A stretch of 64,000 nt of DNA from NCBI GenBank assembly GCA_038087875.1, contig CM075989.1, positions 20,648,001 through 20,712,000 on the forward strand, written 5' to 3'. Made by a program: the position numbers and the translations under genes. Shown here in pieces: positions 13,699 through 25,647 of the stretch. The notes below the pieces were generated by a model. It did no database searches, had not been told where the DNA came from, and saw only the letters and a program-made list of their open reading frames with translations. This DNA is from Malacoraja senta (taxonomy: Eukaryota). Each line of letters opens with the position of its first letter. Position 1 is the first letter of the stretch.

Positions 13699-14155
13699 GT
13701 AGTAGTAGGCCCACCTTCGGTCATGACTGACCATGGGCGATGCATCCTAGTTTGCAGGTGATGTGTGGTCGGATGCAAGCCTGGGCGATGTCATATGGAG
13801 GACAGGCTATTGCCCATGCAGCACGTCCCCCCTCTCCACGTCGCTGATCGATCCAAAGGAACAGCAGGGCCGTTACAGTTTGGCACCAGCGCCGTCGCAG
13901 GAGCTGCCAGAGCGAGGTTGTAGACAACGACGAACTGCCTTAGGGGCTCCGACTCCGGATTTTCTTGAGGTTTACTCCAGGAACCTTTTCCATGACTGGA
14001 TATGGCCACAAGGCAGTGGAGGTTTTAAATCAGCCTTTTCCCTCTCCTAGAGAGACTGCTTTCCCAGGCTGACGAGCCCCATCTGCCCGAGACTCGTGGG
14101 GGCGGGAGCGTCTACCTTCCCGTGCAGGTCTATAGCACCTGCCCACTGTCCATGC
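13699..14155 (-). mobile_element. Non-autonomous non-LTR retroelement, tentatively RTE-related
   Basis: GC-rich 457-bp block with a (CTA)n tail on minus. ATTTCTGTA duplicated at 13690-13698 and 14156-14164. No tRNA head and no credible ORF. Confidence 0.6.
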
Positions 14156-14472
14156 ATTTCTGTATCGATCAAGAAATTAATTGGCTGACATTGACTATTG
14201 GCTACCCTCTGAAGCTCAATAAAGAACAATTCTCATTCTACTCCTATAACTCGCGTACTTGTAAACCAAAACAGATTGTTTTATCTCTGGCTTGGAGGTG
14301 AAATGAGATCCAGACAAACCACTAAATACGTCTGAAGAAGGGTTCCGACCCGAAACGTCACCAATTCCTCTTCTCCAGAGATGCTGGCTGCCTCACTGAT
14401 TTACTCCAGCATTTTGTGTTTATCCTCTACAGTATATAAACCTATACACTGAACATATTTGCTTGTCTGAAG

Positions 14473-17400
14473 ATGTGTCTCAATGTGTCCAAGATATCCT
14501 GAAAGGGGAGGGAGAAAAGCCTGAGGTCGTGGTACATATAGGTACCAATGACATAGGTAAAAAAAAGAGAAGAGGTCCTGAAAGGAGAATTTAGGGAGTT
14601 AGGAGGGGAGTTAAGGAGAAGGACAGCAAAGGTAACAATCTCGGGATTACTGCTTGTGCCACGCGACAGTGAGAGTAGGAATGGAGCGAGGTGGAGGATA
14701 AATGCGTGGCTGAAGGACTGGTGCAGAGGGCAGGGATTCAAATTTCTGGATCAGTGGGACCTCTTTTGTGGAAGGTGCGACCTGTACAAAAAGGATGGGT
14801 TGCACTTGAACCTGAGGGGGACCAATATCCTGGCGGGGAGATTTGCAAAGGCTACTGGGGAGACTTTAAACTAGAACGGTTGGGGGGAGAGACTCAAATA
14901 GAGAACGCTATTAGACAGTGTGTGAGGCAGAGAAGGAAAGCACTCAGACCCAACATGTAGGGGGGAAAGAAGAAAACAATAATAAACAGAGAATAAGAGG
15001 TGGTGGGGTTCTTAAATGGGTGAGCAGAGAAACAGAGGGGTGTAAAATGCGGGCGGAAGCAATAGGTAGCAAGGTGAAAAGTAAAAGTGGTAGGCAGACA
15101 AATCCAGGACAAAAATCAAAAAGGGCCACTTTTCAACATAATTGTAAAAGGGGTAAGAGCATTGTAAAAACAAGCCTGAAGGCTTTGTGTCTCAATGCAA
15201 GGAGCATTCGTAATAAGGTGGATGAGTTGAACGTGCAGATAGCTATTAATGATTATGATATAGTTGGGATCACGGAGACATGGCTCCAGGGTGACCAAGG
15301 CTGGGAGCTGAACATCCAGGGATATTCAATATTCAGGAGGGATAAAGAGAAAGGAAAAGGAGGTGGGGTAGCGTTGCTGGTTAGAGAGGAGATTAACGCA
15401 GTGGAAAGGAAGGACATTAGCTTGGAGGATGTGGAATCGGTATGGGTAGAGCTGCGAAACACTAAGGGGCAGAAAACGCTGGTGCGTGTTGTGTACAGGC
15501 CACCTAACAGTAGTAGTGAAGTTGGGGATGGCATCAAACAGGAAATTAGAAATGCGTGCAACAAAGGCAAAACAGTTATAATGGGTGACTTCAATCTACA
15601 TATAGATTGGGTGAATCAAATTGACAGGGGTGCTGAGGAAGAGGATTTCTTGGAATGTATGCGGGACAGTTATCTAAACCAACATGTAGAGGAACCAACG
15701 AGAGAGCAGGCTATTCTAGACTGGGTATTGAGTGATGAGGAAGGGTTAGTTAGCAGTCTTTTTGTGCGTGCCCCCTTGGGCAAGAGTGACCATAATATGG
15801 TTGAGTTCTTCATTAGGATGGAGAGTGACATTGTTAATTCAGAAACAATGGTTCTGAACTTAAAGAAAGGTAACTTTGAGGGTATGAGACGTGAATTGGC
15901 CAAGATTGACTGGCAATTAGTTCTAAAAGGGTTGACGGTGGATATGCAATGGAAGGCATTTAAAGACTGCATGGATGAACTACAAAAATTGTTCATCCCA
16001 GTTTGGCAAAAGAATAAATCAGGGAAGGTAGTGCATCCGTGGATAACAAGGGAAATCAGGGATAGTATCAAAGCAAAAGATGATGCATACAAATTAGCCA
16101 GAAAAAGCAGCATACCAGAGGACTGGGAGAAATTCAGAGACAGCAGAGGAGGACAAAGGGCTTAATTAGGAAAGGGAAAATAGATTATGAAAGAAAACTG
16201 GCAGGGAACATAAAAACTGACTGCAAAAGTTTTTATAGATATGTGAAGAGAAAGAGATTCGTTAAAACAAATGTAGGTCCCTTGCAGTCAGAAACAGGTG
16301 AATTGATCATGGGGAACAAGTATATGGCGGACCAATTGAATAACTACTTTGGTTCCGTCTTCACTAAGGAAGACATAAATAATCTGCCGGAAATAACAGG
16401 GGACCGCGGGTCAAAGGAGATGGAGGAACTGAGTGAAATCCAGGTTAGTCGGGAAGTGGTGTTGGGTCAATTGAATGGATTAAAGGCCGATATATCACCA
16501 GGGCCAGATAGGCTGCATCCCAGAGTACTTAAGGAAGTAGCTCCAGAAATAGTGGATGCATTAGTGATAATTTTTCAAAACTCTTTAGATTCTGGAGTAG
16601 TTCCTGAGGATTGGAGGGTAGCAAACGTAACCCCACTTTTTAAGAAGGGAGGGAGAGAGAAAACGGGGAATTACAGACCAGTTAGTCTAACATCGGTAGT
16701 GGGGAAACTGCTAGAGTCAGTTATTAAAGATGGGATAGCAGCACATTTGGAAAGTGGTGACATCATTGGACAAAGTCAGCATGGATTTACGAAAGGTAAA
16801 TCATGTCTGACGAATCTTATAGAATTTTTCGAGGATGTAACTAGTAGAGTGGATAGGGGAGAACCAGTGGATGTGTTGTATCTGGACTTTCAGCAGGCTT
16901 TCGACAAGGTCCCACATAAGAGATTAGTATACAAACTTAAAGCACACGGTATTGGGGGTTCAGTATTGATGTGGATAGAGAACTGGCTGGCAAACAGGAA
17001 GCAAAGAGTAGGAGTAAACGGGTCCTTTTCACAATGGCAGGCAGTGACTAGTGGGGTACCGCAAGGCTCAGTGCTGGGACCCCAGCTATTTACAATTTAT
17101 ATTAATGAACTGGATGAGGGAATTGAAGGCAACATCTCCAAGTTTGCGGATGACACTAAGCTGGGGGGCAGTGTTAGCTGTGAGGAGGATGCTAGGAGAC
17201 TGCAAGGTGACTTGGATAGGCTGGGTGAGTGGGCAAATGTTTGGCAGATGCAGTATAATGTGGATAAATGTGAGGTTATCCACTTTGGTGGCAAAAACAG
17301 GAAAGCAGACTATTATCTAAATGGTGGCCGATTAGGAAAAGGGGAGATGCAGCGAGACCTGGGTGTCATGGTACACCAGTCATTGAATGTAGGCATGCAG

Positions 17401-18083
17401 GTGCAGCAGGCAGTGAAGAAAGCGAATGGTATGTTAGCTTTCATAGCAAAAGGATTTGAGTATAGGAGCAGGGAGGTTCTACTGCAGTTGTACAGGGTCT
17501 TGGTGAGACCACACCTGGAGTATTGCGTACAGTTTTGGTCTCCAAATCTGAGGAAGGACATTATAGCCATAGAGGGAGTGCAGAGAAGGTTCACCAGACT
17601 GATTCCTGAGATGTCAGGACTTTCATATGAAGAAAGACTGGATAGACTCGGCTTATACTCGCTAGAATTTAGGAGATTGAGAGGGGATCTTATAGAAACT
17701 TACAAAATTCTTATGGGGTTGGACAGGCTAGATGCAGGAAGATTGTTCCCGATGTTGGGGAAGTCCAGGACAAGGGGTCACAGCTTAAGGATAAGGGGGA
17801 AATCCTTTAAGACCGAGATGAGAAAAAACTTTTTCACACAGAGAGTGGTGAATCTCTGGAACTCTCTGCCACAGAGGGTAGTTGAGGCCAGTTCATTGGC
17901 TATATTTAAGAGGGATTTAGATGTGTCCCTTGTGGCTAAAGGGATCAGGGGGTATGGAGAGAAGGCAGGCACGGGATACGGAGTTGGATGATCAGCCATG
18001 ATCATATTGAATGGCGGTGCAGGCTCGAAGGGCCGAATGGCCTACTCCTGCACCTATTTTCTATGTATCTATCTATGTATCTA
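14473..18083 (+). mobile_element. Young 5'-truncated CR1-clade LINE (HER1-like): ORF1 C-terminus, ORF2 and 3' tail
   Basis: ORF1 esterase-type motifs (VHIGTND, DGLHL) up to 14874. ORF2 APE endonuclease (LNARSI, GITETWL, YRPP, MGDFN, SDH) and RT (NYRPVSLTS, QGSVLGP, KFADD). 3' tail of (CTATGTAT)n-type repeats. Confidence 0.96.
15180..17991 (+). pseudogene. CR1 ORF2 (endonuclease plus reverse transcriptase) split by one apparent 1-nt deletion near 16141
   Basis: ORFs 14918-16165 and 16243-17991 join if one base is restored at KFRD/QQRRTKGLIR. No other stop seen. Start codon uncertain. Confidence 0.85.
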
Positions 18084-18695
18084 TGAAGGGGCCTGACTCA
18101 AAATGTCAACTGTCCATGTTCTCCAAAGATGCTGCCTGACCCAATGGAATTCCTCCAGCACTTTGGGTCTTTTTTGTTGTAATCCTTGCCTGCAGTTCCT
18201 TGTTACTTCAAACAGATTTGCTTGTTAGCAAAAACAATTTATTTTTCCATGAAGGCTCAGGGTAAATAGTGCTCAGAGCTTCCATTTATTATGTGGGGAA
18301 TTGGAAAGGCTTCACCTGGAAGAAAAATGGTACACTGAATACTTGCTTAAGCTTGCAGGAAAGTGATAAAGGATTTTATTAAAGTTACACAAGCTCATAA
18401 AGATCTGGAAACGAGTCGTGAATCATGCAATTGTAAATCATTCCAAACATCTGATGAGCTAAAAAGAAAAGCCATAATGTTATCATCTGGCTCCTCACTG
18501 CTGAGTTTAGAAAATGAATAATGATTACTGACTACAAGTTGTGCTCAGAAACAAATCTGTGCATCTCAATTGAGGCAGCTTCTCTTGACTCCAGAAGAAA
18601 TTGATGATGCAATGCCGTCCCAATGAAAACATAACAGCAATTCCAAATTTGATCTACAAGGTGAAAGTAAATTGGACCCAATACCTGAGAGCTCT

Positions 18696-18903
18696 GAAGG
18701 TACACAAAAATGCTGGAGAAACTCAGCGGGTGCAGCAGCATCTATGGAGCGAAGGAAATAGGTAACGTTTCGGGCCGAAACCCTTCTTCAGACCCGAAAC
18801 GTTACCTATTTCCTTCGCTCCATAGATGCTGCTGCACCCGCTGAGTTTCTCCAGCATTTTTGTGTACCTTCGATTTTCCAGCATCTGCAGTTCCTTCTTT
18901 AAC
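18696..18903. mobile_element. Fold-back hammerhead-motif element with TSD
   Basis: Perfect 79-bp inverted arms at 18696-18774 and 18793-18871. ACCTGAGAGCTCT duplicated at 18683-18695 and 18904-18916. Confidence 0.92.
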
Positions 18904-19462
18904 ACCTGAGAGCTCTGAGCTGGAACTAAATTGTGTTGAGAGTTTTATCTGATCACCACTTGATTTATTTACTTAGCTGATACTCGTCAAGTCAAACGAT
19001 ATATTAAAAAAAAAACATATATATCATTTTGGAATTACATATTTTCTCCTCATGTAAGTGGCTGAAATAATGAAATATCGCTATTGTCAAGTTTTTTTTT
19101 CAATTTTATTGTTTTTTTGTGTGTTGGTGGATTATCGTTAAAATGTCATCATGGCTGCTTGATCAAAATTGACACCAATTAAGAGGTAAAACAAAGCTGT
19201 GGATGTTATTTAAACCTGATGTTAAGATATCAATCGTCTGAAGGAGGGTCTCGACCCGAAACGTCACCCGTTCCCCCTCTCCAGAGATGCTGCCTGTCCC
19301 TGCTGAGTTACTCCAGTTTGTTTTGTGTCTATCTTCAATCAATCCTTGATTGATAGAAGATATCTGAATCAAAGATGGGTTCAGAATAAGCAGGATAAAT
19401 GGTGGCTCAAAATAATTATCAATATAAGGGAAATATTAAAACTGGCAGTGACTCGGGAAGAA

Positions 19463-19500
19463 CAAAAACCTCAAAAACTTCAAAAACTTCAAAAACCTCA
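19463..19500. repeat. 9-bp tandem repeat, about 4 copies
   Basis: caaaaacct caaaaactt caaaaactt caaaaacct ca. Confidence 0.85.
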
Positions 19501-19619
19501 GGATGTCTGTCCTTTGCTCTAGCCAGTGAATTTTCAGATGGTGAGATGAATTACTAATTTCTGCCATGCATTCTACCACGTTATAACCACATTCGCTTTA
19601 AAAGGAGCATTCTATTGGT

Positions 19620-19798
19620 TAAGAGTTTAAGAAATAACTGCAGATGCTGGTAAAATCGAAGGTAGACACAAAATGCTGGAGTAACTCAGCAGGTGAGGCA
19701 GCATCTATGGAGAGAAAGAATTGGCGACGTTTCGGGTCGAGACCTTCTCTCCATAGATGCTGCCTCACCCGCTGAGTTACTCCAGCGTTTTGTGTCTA
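19620..19798. mobile_element. Fold-back element (centre deleted) with TSD
   Basis: CATTCTATTGGT duplicated at 19608-19619 and 19799-19810. Confidence 0.85.
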
Positions 19799-21251
19799 CA
19801 TTCTATTGGTCAACTATAATTTGATCAAATATAAAGCTGTTGGGTTCCATTGAAACGCCTTCATCATGAACTTGTATTTGATCCAGTATTCAATACAGTA
19901 TTCGATAGGCGTCCCAGCTGTGTTTCTCCAACAGCAATACTTGGTTTTATTTATTATTGCCATGTACACTGAAAGCTTGTTTAGTTTAGAGATACAGCAC
20001 GTAAACAGGCCCTTCAGCCCACCGAGTCCATGCCGCCCAACACATTACCACCATGCTACACACACTAGGGACAATTTACAATTATACCAAGCCAATTAAC
20101 CTACAAACCTGTATGTCTTTGGAGTGTGGGAGGAAACCGGAGCTCCCGGTGAACACCCACGTGGTAACAGGGTGAATGTACAAACTCCGTACAGACAACA
20201 CCCTTAGTCAGGATGGAACCCAGGTCTTTGGCGCTGTAAGGCAGCAGCTCTACAGCTGCGCTACCGTGCCACCCTTGTTCCATTGTTCTGTTTGCTATCC
20301 AGTCAAATCACCACACATGCGTACAATTGATCAGTTTCTGGAGCAGCACACAGATCCGCCATTTTCTGGCACCATCTAGCAGCTTACAAATCTCTGCAAA
20401 GTCCGATCTTGGCAGAGGCATCGGAGATATGGAATGAGATACGCAATGTATTATTTTCTCACTGTAAGTTCGGGTGTCATGGCAGCACTGGATGGGTGAA
20501 GGAGGGGTGAGCCTGGCCCAGCGAGATGCTGTCGGCTCCTTCCACTGCCGCTCCATGCAGCTGCCACGGGCTGCGCTCGATCCGCTCGCTCGCCCGGCTG
20601 CTGTTGGGCCTCCCACGGCCGCCTCCACCAACACCACCGGCCACGACCACCGCAACCATGCACCTGTCACTTCCAGCAGCCGCCTCTCTGCTTCCTTGCA
20701 CCAAGGTCGCTGAGTCCCGCTTCTTAAACTGGCTATGGAACTTTGGTCTGAAGAAGGATCTCGACTCGAAATGTCACCTATTCCATATTTTCCCCCAGAC
20801 ATGCTGCCTGACCCACTGAGTTACTCCAGCATTATGTGTCTGGCTTCTATTGAACTGTACAGTAAGACTAGCAAGGAGTAACTAATGGCATCTTGATTTT
20901 CCATCTCGGAAAATCCCTTTCCCTTCACAGTCAAGTATTTACATTGTACTCGTTTCAGGGCGCAGTTTTCCTAGCTGATATAATGCAGTTAGTGGTGGCC
21001 CACATTTTCCTCTCTCTCAGATGTCCCAATGCTGGCTTTATCTCAGCGGGCAGTGAGAATTTGCTGCCTTGTGCACTCTCTGGTGTTGTGCCTTGATGTT
21101 TTATCTTTGAGCGAGGCGGGGTTGGGTACGGTACTCGGCAGTGCTTTTTATTATGGACAAAAAGGTGCCAGTACGCTTATTGTTCCTTACTTCTGTTAGT
21201 GTCTACGGAGGACCATTGTCCTATAAGCTGCTTCGGCTGATGAGGGCGTGA

Positions 21252-21580
21252 CCACTTAATATAATTAATACGTTTCACTTCTTAACCTTTAATTATCTAT
21301 TTTGTAATATTGACCTTTCTAAAATCTAGTTGTAAACATTTTGGAGTTGCCATTTAGCCAAAATGTGAGTTGGTGCCAGGGAGAAACTTTTTTGTTGTTG
21401 TAAATTTGAGGGCCTCTCCACTTAATTTGATTAATGCTTTTTACTTTTTAATGTTTAGTAATTTTTTTGTAATATTGAAAATTCTAAAATCTAGTTTTAA
21501 ACTTTTTACATGAGCCGTTTAATCAAAACACGTGTTGGTACGAGAGAGAAAAAAATGTATCTAATTTTGGCCTCTTCAAT
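21252..21580. repeat. Diverged tandem duplication, period about 165 bp
   Basis: Paired anchors ccacttaat (21252/21418), ttttgtaatattga (21300/21465), ttctaaaatctagtt (21317/21482) and ggcctct (21411/21569). Confidence 0.8.
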
Positions 21581-21743
21581 TATTAAAAAGAAAATCCTAT
21601 TAGATATTGCCTTCTTCAATCTCATTAGCTGCAAAGCCAGGATTTATAACGCAGTATGTCTTACGCAAGTCAATTTAGATCAATTTTAGTTTAGAGATAG
21701 AGCGGGGAAATAGGCTCGTCCACACCGACCAACGATGCCGGGA

Positions 21744-22091
21744 TATTAAGGGATTGGACACGCTGGAGGCAGGAAACATGTTCCCAATTCCAGAACCAGG
21801 GTCCACAGTTTAAGAATAAGGGAGGCCATTTTGAACAGAGATAAGGAAATTTTTTTTCACCCAGAGAGTTGTGAATCTGTGGAATTCTCTGCCTCAGAAG
21901 GCAGTGGAGGCCAATTCTCTGGATGCTTTCAAGAGAGAGTTAGATAGAGCTCCTGAAGATAGCGAAGTCAAGGGATATGAGGAGAAGGCAGGAATGGGGT
22001 ACTGATTGTGGATGATCAGCCATGATCACAGTGAATGGCGGTGCTGGCTCGAAGGGCCGAATGGCCTACTCCTGCACCTATTGTCTATTGT
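21744..22091 (+). mobile_element. CR1 3' fragment nested in a minus-strand SINE (about 21687-22323)
   Basis: FFTQRVVNLWNSLP-coding segment with a (CTATTGT)n tail. SINE tail lies to the left and SINE body/head to the right. Confidence 0.85.
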
Positions 22092-22769
22092 CCGCACACT
22101 ATCCTACACCCATTAGGGACAATTGACATTTACACCAAGACAATTAACCTAAAAACTTGAACATCTTTAGGGTGTGGGAGGAAACTGAAGATCTCGGATA
22201 AAACCCACGCAGGTCACGGGGAGAACGTATAAACTTGGTATAGACCGCACCCGTAGTCGGGATCGAACCCGGGTCTCTGACGCTGTAAGGCTGTAACCCT
22301 ACCGCTGCGCCACCGTGCCACCCAAATTGTTTTCAGTATGCATAATTCTAAATTTACCCTGCTTTTTTTTCTCATCCTTTGGGAATAAATAGTAAAGGAG
22401 AAAAAGACTTCTTCACCTCTTGTGCATTCAATTAATGTGGGATTTGTTAATATTTCTTCTCTTGGTATTTTACGGCAGTATTGACCGTTTTTAAACAACT
22501 GTTCCATATGTTTAGGATTTCCCATAGTTTACAGGATTTCTGATTTCTGATTCAAAGATAAGGACAAGGACTTCCTGAAATTGTCTGGCCTGCAGGATTT
22601 CCTGTGAAAAATAAAAGCTGTGACACTTCTATGGCCACTGAGGATTGAAATTCCCTCTCTTTATATCACAATGGGGCTTCATTAGTGTTGATCTTCTTGC
22701 CAGATGCCTTTGTAGACATTTTTTCTTTCAGGCTAGGTTAGTACTTTGTGCTAAATGAACTGTAGGAGA

Positions 22770-23100
22770 TGGGCAGCTTATGACCCTTTAACTTCAAGTA
22801 ACCCTTGCTTTCCCTTTCTCTCTGTCCCTCCCCCACCCTAGTTCGCTGACTAGTTTCACTGTCCTCCTGATTAATTTTTCTGATTGTGTGCCTCATTGTC
22901 ACCTTCCCCTCAGCTAACAATGAACCATTCTTGAGCATTGTCTGCTGTGATATGTTGTTTTCACACCTTACCCTTCCATATCTCTAGTCTCCCTCTCCCC
23001 CCGACTCTCAGTCTGAGGAAGGGTCTCGACCTGAAACATCACCCGTTCCTTCTCTCCAGAGATGCTGCCTGAGTTACTCCAGCATTTTGTGCCGATCTTC
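22770..23100 (+). mobile_element. Penelope-like element 3' end
   Basis: Same 3' region and terminal repeat, with a decayed hammerhead motif at about 23013. Confidence 0.72.
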
Positions 23101-23343
23101 TTGTAGGAGATAGGTGTGCAGTTAACACCAGAGGAATGGGCTGTTCAGAATACCAGGTAGCAATGGAGTAATGAAGTTGAGTTTACTGTCGTAAGTGAGG
23201 TACAGGTACAGTGCAAATCTTGTTTGCATCATTTCAGGCACTTAGACTCCATCAAATTACAAGTACTGTCACACAGTTTAAGAAACATTTAGACCTATAC
23301 ATGAATAGGGTAGATTTAGAGGGATATGGGCAAAAAGCAGGTA

Positions 23344-23598
23344 GAATAGCTACTTCCCCACAGCCATCAGGCTATTAAACTTGGCTCGGACAAAACTCTG
23401 AACATTAATAGCCCATTATCTGTTATTTGCACTTTATCAGTTTATTTATTCATGTGTGTATATATTTATTGAAGGGTATATGGACACACTGATCTGTTTT
23501 GTAGTCAATGCCTACTATGTTCTGTTGTGCTGAAGCAAAGCAAGAATTTCATTGTCCTATCAGGGGCACATGACAATAAACTCACTTGAACTTGAACG
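23344..23598 (+). mobile_element. Rex1/Babar 3' UTR fragment, same family as 42211-42810
   Basis: Near reverse complement of 42211-42465, ending caataaactcacttgaacttgaa. Confidence 0.8.
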
Positions 23599-24781
23599 GG
23601 CTAGTGTAGATGGCACAATCTTGATTGGCATGGGCAAGTCGTGGACTCTCCTTCTTGAAGGATGCTCTGCCATTGGCCTCTAAGACTGATCTCAGGGTCT
23701 GTGGGGAGCGTATGTACTTCCATCTGTACGTTATAGGAAAGTGTAAAATGAATGATATCAGTTCCACTGCCAGTTACGTCTGATTTTAATTTCCAGGTTT
23801 TTTTTCATGCCAAACTTCAATATATTTATCGACTGGACTCAGTCATAACATTCACATCACAGAACTGTAGGGTCAGAAGAGCATGGTAGTTTAAATTATT
23901 GGACCTTATCCAAAGGGCTGGACTATTGATGTGGAGGTCTGTGTATAGTTCCACTGCGGCAACTGAGGAATTTAATTTAATTAAGCAAATTGGGAATCTA
24001 GAATGGAATCACTAACCGTGCCTTTGAGTCTATTTGTATCACTACTGCACCATCTGACCTTTGCTACAGGTTCAGGGCTGCAATGTTGTTGGTTCTTAAT
24101 TATCTTACAAAATAGTCCAGCAGTTAGTGAAGGGAATAAATGCTGAGCTTCTCAGCGACGACTAGATCGTATGAATGAATAAATAAAAGACCTGAATCAC
24201 TGGCACATTCTGAATAAAAGTATAAAAGCTTGTTTTCCAGATTTAATAGTGTTGTTCCTCTGACATTAAATTATATTCCACTTGTTAGACCACTCATTGA
24301 TTCATATGTGATTAGCTTTTATACTAATATCAAATCCCGAGTTGTTACAAATAAAATATTATCAAATAATTATGTAATATTAAAGTTAAATTATTTTGTA
24401 ATAGGCGCATGGATATGCATGGGATGGAGGGATATGGATCATGTGCAGGCAGAGGGGATTAGTTTAACTTGGCATCATGTTCAGCACAGACATTGTGGGC
24501 CGAACGGCCTGTTCCTGTACTGTTCTGTTCTATGTTCTATAATTAATAACATTGCACTAATATAGAAGTGGTAACCTCAGGAGCTAGATGACTAGAGTAT
24601 TATAATAAATTTCAGTGGGTTCCAAATTAGTATTTAAATTATTATTATTAAATTTAAAACATGTATTGATGTTCATGAAAGTGCTAGCCCAATTTTTTTT
24701 AATTTATACTATTCTTGTTCCAGTTTTGTTATTTATGTGTCTTAGAAAATATTTGTCTATAAACATGAGCTCTAAGAGATA

Positions 24782-24876
24782 GTCTGAAGAAGGGTTTCGG
24801 CCCGAAACGTTACCTATTTCCTTCGCTCCATAGATGCTGCTGCACCCGCTGAGTTTCTCCAGCATTTTTGTGTACC
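24782..24876 (+). mobile_element. 95-bp monomeric hammerhead-motif element with TSD
   Basis: Starts GTCTGAAGAAGGGTTTCGGCCCGAAACGTT. AGCTCTAAGAGATA duplicated at 24768-24781 and 24877-24890. Confidence 0.92.
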
Positions 24877-25431
24877 AGCTCTAAGAGATATATGCTCCAT
24901 CAAATATAGCTCATGATTATTTCTATTGCAAAAATTGAAAGCACCAACATTTGAAAAACTAAACCTGTTGTAAGCGACACTCTATTGTGGAAAGACACAA
25001 AATGTTGGAGTAACTCAGCGGGACAGGCGGATGCTGCCTAGCCTACTGAGTTACTCCAACATTTTGTGTCTATCTTCGGTGTAAACCAGTATCTGCAGTT
25101 CCTTCCTACACATACTCCATTGTGCTAAGCTGGTTTGATATTTTTTGCAAAGTAGCATTCTTTTGATATATCTAAACAGTAAACGACAGAATCGGGTGTT
25201 TTTAACATTATTATTATCAATACAAGAAAACATTGCTTAATGGAGGCATTTTCTGTGCTCAGAAAACCTATAACATCTTGTAACATGAATAATCCTAAAA
25301 AATCAATGTTAGTGGATTTGTGGCACCACATTTATAACATGATGTTGATATCCACTTTGCTTCACATTAAGTAGTCTTAATTAAAATTTAATATTGTATG
25401 TAATAATCAGTAGAGATGTTTCATATGTTAC

Positions 25432-25647
25432 AGAAGGAACTGCAGATGCTGGAAAATCGAAGGTACACAAAAATGCTGGAGAAACTCAGCGGGCGCAGCA
25501 GCATCTATGGAGCGAAGGAAATAGGCAACGTTTCGGGCCGAAACCTTTCTTCAGACTGAAGAAGAGTTTCGGCCCGAAACGTTGCCTATTTCCTTCGCTC
25601 CATAGATGCTGCTGCACCCGCTGAGTTTCTCCAGCTTTTTGTGTACC
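25432..25647. mobile_element. Fold-back hammerhead-motif element with TSD
   Basis: Axis at A25555 in CTTCAG-A-CTGAAG. TTTCATATGTTAC duplicated at 25419-25431 and 25648-25660. Confidence 0.92.
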
